Positions 60,591 through 64,000 of a stretch of DNA of 64,000 bases are shown piece after piece (the first letter of the stretch is position 1; every line of letters begins with the position of its first letter). The translations under genes were made by a program, and so were the position numbers. The notes beneath the pieces are model-generated. The model made no database searches. It worked only from the letters and a program-made list of their open reading frames with translations, and was not told the DNA's origin. Location of the stretch: assembly GCA_944393685.1 (NCBI GenBank), contig CALYAW010000001.1, forward strand, positions 36,023 through 100,022, given 5' to 3'. The stretch comes from an uncultured Alphaproteobacteria bacterium. GTDB taxonomy: Bacteria > Pseudomonadota > Alphaproteobacteria > RF32 > CAG-239.

Positions 60591-63038
60591 TTATAGTTTA
60601 GCAGCAATTTCCTCTACCTCGTAGCATTCAATAAAGTCTCCTTTTTGAATATCATTGTAGTTTTCAAAAGAAATACCGCATTCATAACCTTCTTTAACTT
60701 CTTTAACATCCTCCTTAAAGCGTTTAAGTTGACCGATAGCACCGTCGTGAATAACTACGTTATCACGAAGCAATCTAATCTTAGCTCCGCGACGAACCAA
60801 ACCTTCGGTAATCATGCATCCACCGACTTTACCAACACCGGTAATGTTATATACCTCACGAATTTCGGCATAACCAAGAAGTTTTTCTTTAAGCTCCGGA
60901 GAAAGCATACCCTCAAGACCTTTCTTAACATCATCCAAAACATCATAAATGATAGAATAGTACTTAATCTCGACCCCGTCTCTGCGAGCCATGTCACGAG
61001 CCAACGGATTAGCGCGAACATTAAAACCGATAACCAATGCGTGAGAAGCCTTCGCCAAAGCAATATCAGATTCGGAAATAGGTCCGACAGCCGAATGCAA
61101 TATCTGAACACTAACCTCATCATTAGAAAGTTTGTTAATAGTCCCCTCAATCGCTTCAATAGAACCTTGGACATCTGCCTTGATAATCAAAGGCAAATGT
61201 TTAACCTCGCCGGACTTGATCTTATCAAGCATCTGCTCCATTGCCGACTTAGCAGATTTAACCAACTTAGCTTCTCGTTCTTTACGAATTCGATAACTGG
61301 TGATTTCTTTTGCCTGATTTTCATCGCTAACAACGACAAAATCATCACCTGCAGACGGCGTTCCTTGCAACCCGAGAACCTCTACCGGAGTAGCCGGAGC
61401 GGCTTCTTGCAATTTTTGCCCATGCTCGTTAAACATGGCACGAACACGACCCCATTCTTTACCAGCAATACAAATATCACCAATATGTAATGTTCCTTTT
61501 TGTACCAATGCGGTAACCACTGTTCCGCGGCCTTTTTCCATTTTAGCCTCAATAACGGCACCTTCGGCCTTTCTATCAGGATTTGCTTTCAAATCCAGAA
61601 CTTCCGCCTGTAATAAAATTGCTTCAACCAATTTATCAATATTAATGCGCTTTTTGGCAGAAACTTCGGCACATAAACAATCACCACCCATTTCTTCCAC
61701 ACCGATACCATGCTGTAGCAAAGCAGTTTTTACCTTCATCGGATCGGCGCCCGGCAAATCAATCTTATTTATAGCTACCACAATAGGAACTTCCGCAGCC
61801 TGAGCATGACGAATAGCCTCAACGGTTTGCGGCATAATACCATCATTGGCAGCAACCACCAAAACCACAATATCGGTTACTTTTGCGCCACGAGCACGCA
61901 TTTCAGAAAACGCCTCGTGTCCAGGAGTATCAATAAAAGTAATTTTATCGCCGGTAGAAACCGTAATTTGATAAGCACCTATATGCTGTGTAATACCACC
62001 GGCTTCTTTAGCTGCAACGTTTGTTTCACGCAAAGCATCCAACAAAGACGTTTTACCATGATCAACGTGTCCCATAACGGTTACAACCGGAGCTCTATGA
62101 AGCAATTGCTCGGGCTTATCTTCTTCATGTGAAATTGCTTGTTCAACATCGCTTTCTGCCACACGTTTAAACTTGTGCCCAAACTCTTCGACAATAATCT
62201 GAGCTGTATCTGCATCTATTGGTTGGTTAATAGTGGCCATGACCCCCAAAGACATCAATTTTTTAATAACATCGGCGCCTTTTTCAGCCATACGGTTAGC
62301 CAATTCCTGCACGGTAATAACTTCCGGAATAACAACTTCTTTAATAACCTTTTCTTGCACGACAGGAGTTTCAACTGGCTTAGGCTGTTTTTTCTTGTAA
62401 CGGCGACGACTACCAAAACCATAATCATCATCGTCATCATCGGTGCTGATATTATGAACACTGATTTTTCCGCTGCGTCTTTGCGGTTCAAAACTGCGTT
62501 TCATAACTTTTTTACGCTCTTGCTCAAAAACTTCTTCTTTAGAATTTCCCTTGTGAGAGGAGCGTCTAGCCCCTACATCATCATCTTCATCATCGTCAAA
62601 ATCATGTTTTTTATCTCTAATCTTAACAGATACCTTATTTTCAGGTTCCAGAGAGACGGCCGCTTCACGCTGAGCTTTTTCCTCCAACTCTTTTGCGCGA
62701 CGAGCTTCTTCTTCCATACGTTGTTTACGCTCAATTTCTTCTTGCTCTTTTTGTTTTTGGCGTAACAAATTCTTTTCTTCTTCCTCGGCACGACGTTTAT
62801 TCTCAAATTCTTTTGCCTCGGCAATTAATCTCAGTTTGGCGGCGGTTTCTTCATTAATTTCGACTTTATTTTCGATTTTACCGGCATTAGGGGCAATAAC
62901 TCTTTTTTTGCGAACCTCCACCTGAACAACCTTTTTCCCGTCACGATTTTGATTGCGGGATGCTTCTCCAAGCCCTTTCAATGTGAGTGTCGATTTTCCC
63001 GATAATGTTAACTTGTTCTTTGCATTATCTTCTGTCAT
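60591..63038 (-). CDS. infB: Translation initiation factor IF-2
   Basis: 815 aa. Charged low-complexity N-terminal region then G domain [19 protein letters not shown]. Confidence 0.95.
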   Translation of the reverse strand: MTEDNAKNKLTLSGKSTLTLKGLGEASRNQNRDGKKVVQVEVRKKRVIAPNAGKIENKVEINEETAAKLRLIAEAKEFENKRRAEEEEKNLLRQKQKEQEEIERKQRMEEEARRAKELEEKAQREAAVSLEPENKVSVKIRDKKHDFDDDEDDDVGARRSSHKGNSKEEVFEQERKKVMKRSFEPQRRSGKISVHNISTDDDDDDYGFGSRRRYKKKQPKPVETPVVQEKVIKEVVIPEVITVQELANRMAEKGADVIKKLMSLGVMATINQPIDADTAQIIVEEFGHKFKRVAESDVEQAISHEEDKPEQLLHRAPVVTVMGHVDHGKTSLLDALRETNVAAKEAGGITQHIGAYQITVSTGDKITFIDTPGHEAFSEMRARGAKVTDIVVLVVAANDGIMPQTVEAIRHAQAAEVPIVVAINKIDLPGADPMKVKTALLQHGIGVEEMGGDCLCAEVSAKKRINIDKLVEAILLQAEVLDLKANPDRKAEGAVIEAKMEKGRGTVVTALVQKGTLHIGDICIAGKEWGRVRAMFNEHGQKLQEAAPATPVEVLGLQGTPSAGDDFVVVSDENQAKEITSYRIRKEREAKLVKSAKSAMEQMLDKIKSGEVKHLPLIIKADVQGSIEAIEGTINKLSNDEVSVQILHSAVGPISESDIALAKASHALVIGFNVRANPLARDMARRDGVEIKYYSIIYDVLDDVKKGLEGMLSPELKEKLLGYAEIREVYNITGVGKVGGCMITEGLVRRGAKIRLLRDNVVIHDGAIGQLKRFKEDVKEVKEGYECGISFENYNDIQKGDFIECYEVEEIAAKL

Positions 63039-63071
63039 TATAAAATATTCTCCGTATAAATCTCTAAAATT

Positions 63072-63644
63072 CTATGCAGCCGAAAAATCAGCAAATTTTC
63101 TGAATTCTCGCTTTACCATCTCGGCCATTTCGCTTTTCAAAAAGGCCACATGCACTATATTTTCTTTATTTAACGCCTGATCTAACTCCTCAGTTTCAAA
63201 AAGCTGAAAAACATCCATATCCTTTGATACCAGCATAATTCGTTGATGTCCATCATTTCCGGCATTTTTTGCCTCTAAAACAAAAGCAACCTTGTCTTTC
63301 TTAATGGCATCTAACACTTTATCCAAACCACAAACCAAACAACCAGCTTTTTTTGACAAAGAAATGGCCGCCAATGCGTTATGACGCAATAAATTTTCGG
63401 TCATAGTTACTAAGTCGGCAGCTGGTTTGATTTTTCTTTTGAGAACTTTTGCAAAGACATTTGCCGTCACGGCTTTGTCCAAGACCGCCTTAGAGTTTTC
63501 AACATACACACCTCTTCCCGAAAAACGCTTCTTAAAATCGGGAATTAACTCTCCGTCGGGCAATACGGAAAAGCGCAGTAATTTGTCTTTTTCCAGAATT
63601 TTACCGCTGACAATACATTTGCGAGTTGTTTCTTCCTGTTTCAT
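63072..63644 (-). CDS. YlxR/DUF448-family RNA-binding protein between nusA and infB
   Basis: 190 aa. CIVSGKILEKDKLLRF motif and conserved nusA-ylxR-infB position. Confidence 0.7.
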   Translation of the reverse strand: MKQEETTRKCIVSGKILEKDKLLRFSVLPDGELIPDFKKRFSGRGVYVENSKAVLDKAVTANVFAKVLKRKIKPAADLVTMTENLLRHNALAAISLSKKAGCLVCGLDKVLDAIKKDKVAFVLEAKNAGNDGHQRIMLVSKDMDVFQLFETEELDQALNKENIVHVAFLKSEMAEMVKREFRKFADFSAA

Positions 63645-63733
63645 AAAATCCTCAAAATCCGATACAATCCGCCCAAAGCTCTAAGAGGGACATAATTTCT
63701 ACAAAAATTACATCCCTCAATCTTTTCTGGGAA

Positions 63734-64000
63734 CTATTCCTCTTCGGCAAACCAGTGCTGTCTTGCCCCCATAATAATCTTATTGGCTTCTTGAACAGAA
63801 ATGACATCTTCGCCAAGCATTTCAATCAATTCATCTGTTGCCAAATCAGCCAAATCATCAATTGTTTTGATGCCTTTTGAAGCCAATGTAAGCAGCATGT
63901 CTCTATCAAGCCCTTCGACTTCTTGAAGTTTTTCGTCAAGCCCAAGAGTTTTGCTCTTTTGAGCAAATTCGGCATCGCGTTTTTCTACATATTCTTTAGC
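63734..64000 (-). CDS. nusA: Transcription termination/antitermination factor NusA, C-terminal fragment (gene continues beyond window end)
   Basis: Reverse-complement reading ends ...ANKIIMGARQHWFAEEE* with stop at 63734-63736. Acidic C-terminal AR-repeat region typical of NusA. Position upstream of ylxR-infB. Confidence 0.6.
   Translation of the reverse strand, partial: AKEYVEKRDAEFAQKSKTLGLDEKLQEVEGLDRDMLLTLASKGIKTIDDLADLATDELIEMLGEDVISVQEANKIIMGARQHWFAEEE

Noticed and set aside
60645-62765. Plus-strand ORFs of 281, 122, 108 and 208 aa within infB
   Set aside because: All are antisense to IF-2. The K/E-repeat DNA here (GATGATGA and TTCTTCTTC runs) is the coding sequence for the charged IF-2 linker, not a repeat array or CRISPR.

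Overview
The window comes from an AT-rich genome. Gene content and order (split pntA/pntAB/pntB, groES-groEL, htpG, typA, murJ, pnp-rpsO-truB-rbfA, fabD-fabG, ftsK, infB-ylxR-nusA) look like a low-GC alphaproteobacterium of Rhizobiales type; that assignment is inference. Three regions: (1) chromosomal housekeeping at 1-6.06 kb; (2) a roughly 20 kb, markedly more AT-rich accessory island at about 6.1-26.2 kb; (3) housekeeping again at 26.4-64 kb. The island ends beside a tRNA-Ser(CGA) gene and has a large serine recombinase near that end. It contains a DUF262/DUF1524 (GmrSD-like) type IV restriction gene, a complete two-gene Gabija system (OLD-family ATPase/Toprim GajA plus UvrD-like helicase GajB, translationally coupled), a P63C-like hypothetical, a putative type II R-M pair (small nuclease candidate plus an HTH-fused C5-cytosine methyltransferase with a perfect 30-bp palindrome in front of it), and a degraded prophage module (ParB-nuclease/DNA-methylase fusion, terminase large subunit, two small FQKGKSGNPxGRPK-motif proteins, DUF2924-like protein, serine recombinase, HEPN-like protein; no portal, capsid or tail genes). 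The most interesting feature is an apparently undescribed four-gene operon (15510-18654) transcribed divergently from an XRE-family repressor. It encodes a PD-(D/E)xK nuclease-like protein, a beta-CASP metallo-beta-lactamase-fold nuclease, a two-TM protein and a small protein made of four tandem 16-aa repeats. It is bracketed by a promoter with direct-repeat operators and a strong terminator, and I propose it as a candidate new anti-phage defence system. No CRISPR array, IS element or rRNA gene was seen. Two tRNAs are present: Ser-CGA on the minus strand and Gly-GCC on the plus strand. All calls were made by reading the ORF translations and the DNA by eye; no database searches were run.
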